Of a stretch of 64,000 bases of DNA, positions 34,585-43,535 are shown one piece after another. The notes beneath the pieces are model-generated. The model did not search any database, was not told the origin of the DNA, and worked only from the letters and a program-made list of their open reading frames with translations. The number at the start of each line of letters is the position of its first letter. The first letter of the stretch is position 1. The position numbers were made by a program, and so were the translations under genes. The stretch is from Lachnospiraceae bacterium (GTDB taxonomy: Bacteria; Bacillota; Clostridia; Lachnospirales; Lachnospiraceae), in assembly GCA_031280955.1 (NCBI GenBank), contig JAITGA010000015.1, positions 9,334-73,333 on the forward strand. Direction: 5' to 3'.

Positions 34585-34610
34585 CTATCAAAAGGTATAC
34601 CTTTTGGTAG
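34585..34610. promoter_or_regulatory. 26-bp palindrome CTATCAAAAGGTATACCTTTTGGTAG (site 2, one mismatched pair)
   Basis: It has the same 20-bp core as site 1, about 105 bp away, and abuts the recombinase stop codon (34612-34614). Confidence 0.7.
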
Positions 34611-34611
34611 C

Positions 34612-35193
34612 CTACTTTTTGCCTTTCAATAGCCGCCATTCTCGTAAACGCCTGTAAAACGTGGCTTCTTTCAATCCTGTTTGCGTTAAAATATCCGAAA
34701 TTGATATATTTCCATGCTCCCATTGATTAACCAAAGAATCAAAATTTTCGGGGAGCTTTTTGGTGGGGCGGCCAAGATGCACACCCCGTGCTCGTGCCGC
34801 CGCAATACCTTCTCGCTGACGTTGTAAGAGATATTCTCTTTCCAATTCTGATACCGCTCCAAATACCGTCAACATAAACTTGCCAGTAGGTGTAGACGTG
34901 TTGATATTCTCTTTTTGACTTATAAATTTCACATTTTTTGCAGTTAGTTTATCTATCAAAACCAATAAATCCCGCGTGTTTCTGGCAAAACGACTTACCG
35001 ATTCAACTATAATAGTATCGCCGCTTTTTGCAGTAGTCATGAGTTTTTGAAGTTCTGGACGTGCCATATTTTTTCCGCTTAACTTGTCGGTAAAAATATT
35101 TTCCAACGGGATTTTCAGCTCGGCCATTGCTATGATTTGTCTATCTGTGCATTGTTCGGTACAGCTAACGCGAATATACGCAAATATTGCCAT
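34612..35193 (-). CDS. Small serine recombinase (resolvase/invertase family)
   Basis: 193 aa. Catalytic YIRVSCTEQ (Ser10), VESVSRFARN, E-helix, GRPTK hinge and a C-terminal HTH (ISISDILTQTGLKEATFYRRL). Confidence 0.9.
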   Translation of the reverse strand: MAIFAYIRVSCTEQCTDRQIIAMAELKIPLENIFTDKLSGKNMARPELQKLMTTAKSGDTIIVESVSRFARNTRDLLVLIDKLTAKNVKFISQKENINTSTPTGKFMLTVFGAVSELEREYLLQRQREGIAAARARGVHLGRPTKKLPENFDSLVNQWEHGNISISDILTQTGLKEATFYRRLREWRLLKGKK

Positions 35194-35491
35194 ATTTCAC
35201 CATTCTTTCTACACGAACTTCGTGTTTTTGGTTATAAGTCAGTATCTTCAAACTACCATTCAAACTAAATCATGGCATACTTTATATTTCTATACCATTG
35301 GTTTAATGTTAGCAAGGATAAAAAATCGTATTTCAAACTATTACCCCCCACCCCCTCCAAAGAAATATTTTGCATTTTCCCCTTTTACCAGTTATAATCA
35401 ATGAGAAAGTTGGAGAAGCGATATTTGGTTGTCACTATGGACTTTTACTTATTGTGGATAATTAGTTACTAAACGAAAGTGGAGGAAATCT

Positions 35492-35851
35492 ATGAAAGCT
35501 TCTGCGGTAAACACACATATGGGTAGTATCCAAATTGATACTGAGGTAATTGCCCAGTATGCCGGTGCGGTCGCCAATGAGTGTTTTGGCATCGTCGGTA
35601 TGGCGGGCATCAATATGCGTGATGGTTTTGTGAAACTACTCAAACGCGAAAGTATGACGCGGGGGATTCATGTTGGTGTAGTCAACAACAAGTTAATCCT
35701 CGACTTTCACGTGATTGTTTCATATGGTGTCAGTATTCTCACCGTCTCCGAGAACTTGGTCAGTAATGTGAAATATCGGGTTGAGGAATTTACCGGTCTT
35801 AGCGTTGCGAAAATCAATATTTTCGTCGAGGGCGTAAGGGTGATTGATTAG
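35492..35851 (+). CDS. Asp23/Gls24-family (alkaline shock) protein, YloU-like
   Basis: 119 aa. IAQYAGAVANECFGIVGM... has the typical Asp23 fold pattern. It precedes the DAK2 gene, as with yloU-yloV. Confidence 0.85.
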   Translation: MKASAVNTHMGSIQIDTEVIAQYAGAVANECFGIVGMAGINMRDGFVKLLKRESMTRGIHVGVVNNKLILDFHVIVSYGVSILTVSENLVSNVKYRVEEFTGLSVAKINIFVEGVRVID

Positions 35852-35864
35852 GAAGGAGTTGTCA

Positions 35865-37532
35865 GTGTCATTATCAACGGAAATCAAAACAATAGACCAC
35901 GCCCTGCTTGCCAAAATGTTGATAGGTGGGGCAAAGAGATTGGAAGCAAATAAAGAATGGATAAATGAGTTAAATGTGTTCCCTGTTCCTGATGGCGATA
36001 CGGGTACTAACATGACGCTAACGATTATGGCGGCGGCACGTGAACTTGCCTCACTTGATGATAGCGACATGGCTTCGGTCTGCAAGGTGATATCATCGGG
36101 TTCACTACGGGGAGCAAGAGGCAATTCGGGGGTAATCCTTTCCCAACTATTACGGGGGGTGACGCATATCTTGCGCCACTACGATGAAGTAGATGCTGCC
36201 ATCCTTGCCACGGCAATGGAAAAAGGGGTAGAAACTGCCTACAAAGCGGTCATGAAGCCCAAAGAGGGGACGATGCTGACGGTAGCCAGGGGTGCGGCGG
36301 AAAAAGCCCGTCTTTTGGTTGATGATGGTGTTACCGACCTGGCTTTCTTCTTTGATGAAGTCATCAAATATAGTGATGAGGTGTTGGAAAAAACTCCCGA
36401 TCTTTTGCCGGTGTTAAAAGAAGCGGGAGTCGTTGACTCAGGTGGTCAAGGAGTGGTTGAGATTATGAAAGGCGCATATGATATCCTCTTGGGCAAAGAA
36501 GTAGATTTGAGCATTACTTCCAAATCTGCGGGGGGCAAGAAGAAACAGGATGCGGTGATGGATATGAACATCAAGTTTGGTTATTGCACGGAATTTATTA
36601 TCATGCTGACGAGGCATTTTAACATCAAACAGGAGCTGGACTTCAAGAAGTTCCTTGAGACAGTAGGAGATTCTATCGTCGTCGTAACTGATGATGATGT
36701 GGTCAAAATCCATGTCCATACCAATGACCCCGGGATAGTGATTCAATATTCACTCAAATACGGAGCTCTTGCCAATATCAAGATTGATAATATGCGCTTG
36801 GAGCATCAAGAAACTTTGGTGAGTGAAAAAGAGGTAAGAGAAGCCGCTGCCATTACCGCCGATCAACCCCGCAAGGATGTGGGTTTCGTGGCAGTATCAT
36901 CAGGGGTGGGAATCAACGAAATCTTCACGGGATTGGGTGTGGATTACTTGATAATCGGCGGACAAACGATGAATCCCAGTACCGAAGACATCTTGAATGC
37001 CATCAGCCGTGTCAATGCCGACCATATCTTCATTCTTCCCAACAACAAGAATATCATCTTGGCAGCTAATCAAGCAGCAACCCTTACCGAGGACAAAAAT
37101 ATCATCGTCCTGCCGACGAAAACCATCCCTCAGGGAATCACAGCAGTCATCAACTTTGTTCCCAACATGGAAATCACAGAAAATACAGCCTGTATGATTG
37201 AAGAGTTGGGGCGGGTGAAGACCGGACAGGTAACATATGCGGTGCGTGACAGCGTTATCGACGGGTTGGAGATTAATGAAGGCGATTATATGGGAATCGG
37301 TGACGAGGGGATTAACGCTACCGGTCGTGATGTTGCCGAAGTCGCTTTTGCGATGATTGTGGCGATGGCTGATGAAAATAATGAGTTAATTAGTATATAT
37401 TATGGTGAGGAGATAAGCGATGAAGCGGCGAAAGAGCTAAAGAAGCGGGTTCAGGACGAATACCAAAACCATGATGTGGAACTGCAATATGGCGGTCAAC
37501 CGATATATTACTATATCGTTTCTGTTGAGTAA
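35865..37532 (+). CDS. DAK2-domain fusion protein YloV-like
   Basis: LNVFPVPDGDTGTNM Dak2 motif, plus a C-terminal DegV/DhaL-associated region. GTG 35865 follows AGGAAGGAG; the track ORF opens at 35844. Confidence 0.85.
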   Translation: MSLSTEIKTIDHALLAKMLIGGAKRLEANKEWINELNVFPVPDGDTGTNMTLTIMAAARELASLDDSDMASVCKVISSGSLRGARGNSGVILSQLLRGVTHILRHYDEVDAAILATAMEKGVETAYKAVMKPKEGTMLTVARGAAEKARLLVDDGVTDLAFFFDEVIKYSDEVLEKTPDLLPVLKEAGVVDSGGQGVVEIMKGAYDILLGKEVDLSITSKSAGGKKKQDAVMDMNIKFGYCTEFIIMLTRHFNIKQELDFKKFLETVGDSIVVVTDDDVVKIHVHTNDPGIVIQYSLKYGALANIKIDNMRLEHQETLVSEKEVREAAAITADQPRKDVGFVAVSSGVGINEIFTGLGVDYLIIGGQTMNPSTEDILNAISRVNADHIFILPNNKNIILAANQAATLTEDKNIIVLPTKTIPQGITAVINFVPNMEITENTACMIEELGRVKTGQVTYAVRDSVIDGLEINEGDYMGIGDEGINATGRDVAEVAFAMIVAMADENNELISIYYGEEISDEAAKELKKRVQDEYQNHDVELQYGGQPIYYYIVSVE

Positions 37533-37590
37533 GGGGAAAACCGTCCCCTGTCCTCCATGAATCTTAAAGAACGACCAATCACTACATCCA

Positions 37591-37618
37591 AAAAGAAGCG
37601 GCATCGCCGCTTCTTTTA
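37591..37618. terminator. Bidirectional rho-independent terminator
   Basis: AAAA-GAAGCGGC-ATC-GCCGCTTC-TTTT, between the convergent yloV-like and hydA genes. Confidence 0.75.
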
Positions 37619-37658
37619 TCGTTTAATCCATTCACACAAATTGATGACGTAACCCGCC

Positions 37659-39428
37659 TCAAATCTCCGGTTTCCGTACACATTTGCTCCGTGCTTGATA
37701 ATGCGTGTGCAAAACTTCATGTGCCTTTTGGCTGCCGGGAGAGCCGAGGTACTCACTATAAAGCTCTTTGATCAGCGGATTCTCATGACTCTTGCGGACG
37801 GGTTTATCCTTGTCGTTGGCGTAAAGTCCGGCGGCACGTTTACTCCACAAATCGGTAAAATTACGGGTCGCTGCCGCATGGGTCGGCTGACCGCCGCCAC
37901 AGACACAACCACCGGGACATGCCATAACTTCTACGAACTGTACATCCATCTCGCCGTTTTTGATGGCAGTGAGGAGTTTGTGAGCATTGGCAGTACCGCT
38001 GGCAACAGCAACGCAGACATCCATCGCCCCGATCTTGTAAGTAGCTGTTTTTATTCCTTTTGAACCGCGGACTTCCTCGTAATCGACTTTTTCTAGCGGT
38101 TCACCCAATATGGTTTCAGCGGCAGTCCGTAGTGCTGCCTCCATTACCCCGCCCGATGTGCCAAAGATTACCCCGGCACCGCTGCCGGTTGCGGCAAGAC
38201 TGTCAAACTCTTCATCAGGAAGTTCATTAAACAAAATTCCTGCCTTGGCAATCATCCGTGCCAGCTCACGAGTGGTAATAGCAGCATCAACATCTCTGAT
38301 ACCCTCACCGGCTGCTGATTGTCCCTCACGGGTTATCTCAAACTTCTTCGCCGTACAGGGGATGACAGAGACGAAGAAGATGTCCTTGGGGTCAAGTCCC
38401 AGCTTGGCGGCATAATGGGTCTTGTAAATAGCACCAAACATCTGCTGTGGTGATTTGCATGATGACAGATTTTCGATGAATTCGGGGAAGAAATGTTCGC
38501 AGTATTTCACCCATCCCGGTGAACAGGAGGTGATAAGCGGCAACTTCCCGCCGTTTTGGATGCGTTCGACCAACTCAGCGGCTTCTTCCATAATCGTCAT
38601 GTCGGCAGAAAAATCCATATCATACACACCGTCAAAACCGAGTCTTCTTAGTGAAGCCGCCAGTTTGCCCTCCACAAATGTTCCCGGCTCATTGCCAAAA
38701 CATTCACCGAGAGTGACCCGAATCGAGGGTGCGGCGCATACGGCAACGTGTTTCGTGGGATCGGCTATCGCTTGCCAGACAGCCTCGGTATCGTCTTTTT
38801 CATAAAGTGCGCCAACGGGACACACAACGATACATTGCCCGCAAGCGATACAAGGAACATCACCGAGTTTGACACCAAAGGAACAACCGATACTGATGTC
38901 AAAACCACGGTTGTTGGGACCGATGACTGAGATCCCCTGCATATCATTACAAGCGGCGACACAGCGACGGCAAGCGATACACTTGTTGTTGTCACGGACG
39001 ATGGCTGCGTCTTCGTTTTCAACGGGAACACCGGCAGAAAGCCGTCCGGTGAAATGGTGTTCATCCTCAACCCCATAATCAGCGGAGAGTATCCGCAGTT
39101 CGCAATCAAGATTGCGGATGCAGGAAAGGCAATCCTTTTGGTGGTCGGAGAGGATAAGCTCCAGATTTGCCTTGCGGGCGGCGCGGACAGCAGGGGTATT
39201 AGTGAAGATTTCCATCCCCTCATGTATCGGTTGCACACAGGCGGCAGGCATCGCCCGCGCCCCTTTCACATCAACCAGACAAACCCGGCAAGCACCAATG
39301 GCATTGATTTCCTTTAGATAACAAAGGGTAGGTATTTCTATCGCCGCTGTCCGGCAGGCTTCGAGGATGGTCGCATCCCGATCTGCTTCGTACTCACGGT
39401 TATTGATTTTGATTTTTACTTTGTCCAT
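37659..39428 (-). CDS. hydA: [FeFe]-hydrogenase catalytic subunit (HydA/HndD type)
   Basis: N-terminal 2Fe-2S and ferredoxin-like Cys clusters. H-cluster motifs TSCSPGW, IPCTAKKFE and VEVMACPGGCVCGGG. Confidence 0.92.
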   Translation of the reverse strand: MDKVKIKINNREYEADRDATILEACRTAAIEIPTLCYLKEINAIGACRVCLVDVKGARAMPAACVQPIHEGMEIFTNTPAVRAARKANLELILSDHQKDCLSCIRNLDCELRILSADYGVEDEHHFTGRLSAGVPVENEDAAIVRDNNKCIACRRCVAACNDMQGISVIGPNNRGFDISIGCSFGVKLGDVPCIACGQCIVVCPVGALYEKDDTEAVWQAIADPTKHVAVCAAPSIRVTLGECFGNEPGTFVEGKLAASLRRLGFDGVYDMDFSADMTIMEEAAELVERIQNGGKLPLITSCSPGWVKYCEHFFPEFIENLSSCKSPQQMFGAIYKTHYAAKLGLDPKDIFFVSVIPCTAKKFEITREGQSAAGEGIRDVDAAITTRELARMIAKAGILFNELPDEEFDSLAATGSGAGVIFGTSGGVMEAALRTAAETILGEPLEKVDYEEVRGSKGIKTATYKIGAMDVCVAVASGTANAHKLLTAIKNGEMDVQFVEVMACPGGCVCGGGQPTHAAATRNFTDLWSKRAAGLYANDKDKPVRKSHENPLIKELYSEYLGSPGSQKAHEVLHTHYQARSKCVRKPEI

Positions 39429-39500
39429 GTTTTTCTCCTGTATATTGTAAATGCTCCTTTAGTCAAAAGCCTTGCTGATAGAAACTAAGCAAAACCGGGT

Positions 39501-41369
39501 CTATACCTTGTCAATGGCAGCGAATTTGCATATATCGTAACAAATCCCGCACTTCACACATTTCTCCTGATGGATGACGTGAAGCTCTTTCACCTCGCCG
39601 GTAATGGCATCGGTCGGGCATTTGCGCTTACATAAGGTACAACCCTTACATTTGTCATTGATGACAAACTCGAGGAGTGCTTTACAAACCCCGGCGGCAC
39701 ATTTTTTGTCATTGATATGCTCTTCATACTCATGACGGAAATAGCGTATCGTCGAAAGGATGGGATTGGGGGCAGTATTGCCTAGTCCGCAAAGAGCGGT
39801 GGCTTTGATGTGATTGCCCAAATCAACCAATTCTTCGATATCGCTGGGGACACCTTGACCGTTGGTGATGCGTTCGAGGATTTCCAGCATCCGCATTGTT
39901 CCGATACGGCAAGGGGAACACTTTCCGCATGATTCCTCGACAGTGAAGTCAAGGAAGTATTTGGCAATATCAATCATGCAGGAATCTTCGTCCATGATAA
40001 TCATTCCCCCTGAACCCATCATTGAGCCGATGGCGAGGAGATTGTCAAAGTCGATGGGGGTATCAATCAGGCTGGCAGGAATACAACCGCCGGAAGGGCC
40101 TCCGGTTTGTGCCGCCTTGAATGTCTTGCCGTTGGGGATACCGCCGCCAACTTTCTCGACAACATCACGCAGGGTAGCACCCATCGGTACTTCCACCAAG
40201 CCGACATTCTTTATCTTGCCGCCGAGGGCAAAGACCTTCGTACCCTTGGATTTTTCCGTACCCATAGTACCGTACCAAGCGGCTCCGTGGAGGATAATCT
40301 GGGGGATGGTGGCAAAAGTTTCCACATTGTTGAGAACAGTCGGTTGCCCGAAGAGTCCTTTGACAGCAGGGAATGGCGGGCGGGGGCGCGGTTCACCCCT
40401 TTTGCCCTCGATGGAAGCGAGGAGGGCAGTTTCTTCACCACAGACAAATGCGCCTGCGCCAAGGCGGACATGGATATCGAAGTTGAAACCGGTGCCAAAG
40501 ATATCAGCACCCAGAAGTCCATGTTGCCTTGCTTCGTTTAGAGCAATTTCAAAACGATTGACGGCAATGGGGTACTCGGCACGGACATATACATAACCTT
40601 CATCTGCGCCAATCGCATATCCGGCAATCGCCATTGCTTCGATGACAGCATGGGGGTCGCCCTCAAGAATCGAGCGATCCATGAAAGCACCGGGATCACC
40701 TTCGTCAGCATTACAGCAAACATACTTTTTGTCACTTTCGACGGCTGCCGCAAATGACCATTTCATGCCGGTACTGAAACCGCCGCCACCCCTGCCGCGA
40801 AGACCTGAGGCTTTGAGTTCCTCGATTACATCGGCGGGCTTCATTTCCGTAAGGGATTTTGCCAATGCCATGTAACCGTCACGACCGATATACTCCTCGA
40901 TACACTCAGGGTCGATTACGCCGCAGTTACGAAGCGATATCTTGTGTTGATATTTGAAAAAATCAGTTTCCCGATAAGGAACCATCTTTCCGTCAATGAT
41001 GGCTTCGTGATAAACCTTTCTCAGTACCGGTTCATCATTCATCAGATGGGAAGTGACGATTTCTTCAATGTCATCTACCTCTACCAACTCATAAAAAACA
41101 GCATCGGGGTAAACGATGATGAGCGGGCCTAAGGCGCAAAGTCCGTGACAACCGCTGACGATGACGGTGGTTTTTTCGTCCAGTCCATGAGCGGTGATTG
41201 AAGCACGTAGTGCTTTCAGGATGGCATCACATCCGGACGAATGGCAACCGGTCCCGCCACAGACGAGAACATGGCGATATCCCGGTTCGGCTTTACCTTC
41301 CGGTGTCCGTAAAGCGATGAAATCCTTCATTTTTTCGTGAATGGCTTTTAGTTCGTTTACGTTTTTCAT
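39501..41369 (-). CDS. hydB: NuoF-like NAD(P)H-binding flavoprotein subunit of a bifurcating hydrogenase (HydB/HndC)
   Basis: GRGGGGFSTGMKW, FMN/NADH site, ESCGKCSPCRIG, and C-terminal 2x[4Fe-4S] CxxCxxCxxxCP motifs. Confidence 0.9.
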   Translation of the reverse strand: MKNVNELKAIHEKMKDFIALRTPEGKAEPGYRHVLVCGGTGCHSSGCDAILKALRASITAHGLDEKTTVIVSGCHGLCALGPLIIVYPDAVFYELVEVDDIEEIVTSHLMNDEPVLRKVYHEAIIDGKMVPYRETDFFKYQHKISLRNCGVIDPECIEEYIGRDGYMALAKSLTEMKPADVIEELKASGLRGRGGGGFSTGMKWSFAAAVESDKKYVCCNADEGDPGAFMDRSILEGDPHAVIEAMAIAGYAIGADEGYVYVRAEYPIAVNRFEIALNEARQHGLLGADIFGTGFNFDIHVRLGAGAFVCGEETALLASIEGKRGEPRPRPPFPAVKGLFGQPTVLNNVETFATIPQIILHGAAWYGTMGTEKSKGTKVFALGGKIKNVGLVEVPMGATLRDVVEKVGGGIPNGKTFKAAQTGGPSGGCIPASLIDTPIDFDNLLAIGSMMGSGGMIIMDEDSCMIDIAKYFLDFTVEESCGKCSPCRIGTMRMLEILERITNGQGVPSDIEELVDLGNHIKATALCGLGNTAPNPILSTIRYFRHEYEEHINDKKCAAGVCKALLEFVINDKCKGCTLCKRKCPTDAITGEVKELHVIHQEKCVKCGICYDICKFAAIDKV

Positions 41370-41380
41370 ATGCTTTTCCT

Positions 41381-41881
41381 TTACTCCATGTATTTTTTCA
41401 TCATACCATCAACAGCTTCCGGTTTTTCCACTCGTCCGTAGACATCTTCATTGACCAAAAAGACGGGAGCGAGTCCGCAAGCACCGATACAGCGGGTGGC
41501 ATCGAGGGAAAACTTGCCGTCATCGCCGACTTCGCCGGGGTCAACCTTGATAATAGCGGCAAGACGGTCAAGAATCGCTCCTGCCCCCTTGACATAACAA
41601 GCAGTCCCCATACAGACAGAAACGGCATACTCACCCTTGGGATTGAGGACAAACTGGGAATAAAATGAGACTATCCCATAAATCTCTGACATCGAGATTC
41701 CCGTACCGTCGCTGATTATCTGCTGAACTTCAATCGGCAGATAGCCATAAATAGCTTGCGCTTTTTGCAGTATCGGCATAATCGCGCCGGGAGTGCCGCA
41801 ATGCTCGGCAATCAAAGCATGTAGCTGTTTTTCTTGCTCAGCCGTTCCTTGGAAAGGTACGGTGGTCATTTTCTTTTTCAT
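41381..41881 (-). CDS. hydC: NuoE-like [2Fe-2S] subunit (HydC/HndA)
   Basis: Thioredoxin-like 2Fe-2S pattern: VCMGTACYVKG ... RCIGACGLAPV. Confidence 0.9.
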   Translation of the reverse strand: MKKKMTTVPFQGTAEQEKQLHALIAEHCGTPGAIMPILQKAQAIYGYLPIEVQQIISDGTGISMSEIYGIVSFYSQFVLNPKGEYAVSVCMGTACYVKGAGAILDRLAAIIKVDPGEVGDDGKFSLDATRCIGACGLAPVFLVNEDVYGRVEKPEAVDGMMKKYME

Positions 41882-41965
41882 CTGACTAATCCTTTCTATT
41901 TTTGTTACTTTAAAACTTATGTCTGCTGCTTGGTGAATATTACTCAGGTCAATAGGTGGGGTTTG

Positions 41966-43402
41966 TCAAAAAACCGGTCTTTCCTCGCCTATTTCCTGTA
42001 CTTTCAACATATTAGTCGTTCCCGATTGCCCCACAGGAACACCGGCAGTGATGACAACCAAATCGCCGTTTCTGATATAACCGCCATTTTTGGCAGCCCC
42101 GATTGCCCCCATGAAGATGTCGATACCTTTTGACTCTTCCCTGGTGAGCAAAGGGAACACTCCCCATTCGAGTTTCATCTGATGGACGACCACGGGATCG
42201 GGTGAACCGACGATGAGCGGACATGCAGGACGGAACTTAGAAACATTACAGGCAGTGTCGCCGGATTTGGAAACGATGAGGATCGCTTTCACATCCAAAT
42301 CATGTGCCGTGGTCACGGTGGCATGGGAGATGGCATTGGTGATCGAGGTGGCAGGTTTATAAAGGGTGGTCTGGAAACGTTCTACATAGTCGATGTCATT
42401 TTCCGCCCGTTGGGCAATCTTTGCCATCGTTCGCACCGCATCAACAGGGAACTTGCCTACAGAGGTTTCTGCGGAAAGCATGATGGCACTCGTGCCGTCA
42501 TAAATGGCATTGGCGACATCGGAGGTCTCGGCTCTGGTGGGACGGGGATTATTTACCATTGATTCCAGCATTTGTGTGGCAGTAATGACGTTTTTGCCCG
42601 CCTGGTAAGCTTTTTTGATCAGCTCCTTTTGGATACCGGGGAGGTCTTCGAACTCCAGTTCGACACCCAAATCACCCCTTGCCACCATCAGCCCCGCCGA
42701 TACTTTGAGGATGGCATCGGTATTCCTCACCCCTTCGGCGTTCTCGATTTTGGCAATAATCCGCAGATGATCGCCGTTCATGCGATGGAGTTCTTCACGC
42801 AAAAGACGAATATCATCCTCACAGCGGACGAATGAAGCGGCGAGAAAGTGAAAGCCGTTTTCGGAGATGAAGCGTAAATCAGCACGGTCTTGAGCACTGA
42901 TATAAGGCATATTGAGACTGACCCCGGGGACATTGACACTCTTGCGGTCACGGATAATCCCTCCATTGACTACTCTGGTCAATATGTCAGTTTTGGAGCA
43001 ATTCTCCACGGTTAGTTCAATCAGCCCGTCATCGAGGAGTATTCGGTTGCCGGGGCGAATATCTTTAATCATGCCCGCATATGTGATACTTGCTCTTTCG
43101 GCAGTCCCGACGATATCATCGGAAGTAAGGGTAAAGGAGCTGCCGTCAGTAAGCTGTGCTTTCCCACCCGCGAAAAGACCAAGTCGCACTTCCGGTCCCC
43201 TAGTATCAGCCAACAGGGCAACTGTAACCCCCATTTCTTCGCTAATAGCCTTGATATCAGCGATTTTTTCCTTTTTTTCCTCATGGTTTCCATGGGAAAA
43301 ATTGAATCTGGCAACATCCATGCCTGCTGCAATCATTGCCCGTAGTACATTGGGGTCATCGTTCGCAGGGCCAAGAGTACAGACAATTTTAGTTTTTCTC
43401 AT
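41966..43402 (-). CDS. pyk: Pyruvate kinase
   Basis: MRKTKIVCTLGPA, ARFNFSHG, IIAKIENAEG and MVARGDLGVE. Confidence 0.94.
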   Translation of the reverse strand: MRKTKIVCTLGPANDDPNVLRAMIAAGMDVARFNFSHGNHEEKKEKIADIKAISEEMGVTVALLADTRGPEVRLGLFAGGKAQLTDGSSFTLTSDDIVGTAERASITYAGMIKDIRPGNRILLDDGLIELTVENCSKTDILTRVVNGGIIRDRKSVNVPGVSLNMPYISAQDRADLRFISENGFHFLAASFVRCEDDIRLLREELHRMNGDHLRIIAKIENAEGVRNTDAILKVSAGLMVARGDLGVELEFEDLPGIQKELIKKAYQAGKNVITATQMLESMVNNPRPTRAETSDVANAIYDGTSAIMLSAETSVGKFPVDAVRTMAKIAQRAENDIDYVERFQTTLYKPATSITNAISHATVTTAHDLDVKAILIVSKSGDTACNVSKFRPACPLIVGSPDPVVVHQMKLEWGVFPLLTREESKGIDIFMGAIGAAKNGGYIRNGDLVVITAGVPVGQSGTTNMLKVQEIGEERPVF

Positions 43403-43535
43403 TATGCATCCTCTTTTGTTTGTGATGGGTAAGCTCGTTCACATTGTAACACGGGAAAGAGGAAAAGTGCAAGGTGAAAACGTTAAAAAAAGCCCTCGAC
43501 TTTCACCCTGTCTGCAACCATGCTATACTATCCCT

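Noticed and set aside
35213-35227. Palindrome ACACGAACTTCGTGT just upstream of the recombinase start
   Set aside because: It is a short stem with a one-nucleotide centre in AT-rich DNA. It is unrelated to the 24-26-bp palindromes, and there is insufficient evidence for a terminator or an operator.
24336-35450. tRNA-Leu as a classical integrase att site with a flanking direct repeat
   Set aside because: I could not find a repeat of the tRNA 3' end at the distal side, and there is no tyrosine integrase. The island call therefore rests on composition and content only.
39862-40596. 244-aa + strand ORF inside the hydB region
   Set aside because: It is antisense to the NuoF-like gene, which carries unambiguous FMN and Fe-S motifs. 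Its Pro/Arg/Ser-rich composition is typical of shadow frames.
42912-43535. 208-codon 5' extension of the recG ORF in the track
   Set aside because: This stretch is antisense to pyruvate kinase and has no RecG similarity. The conserved RecG N-terminus begins at the Met at 43536.
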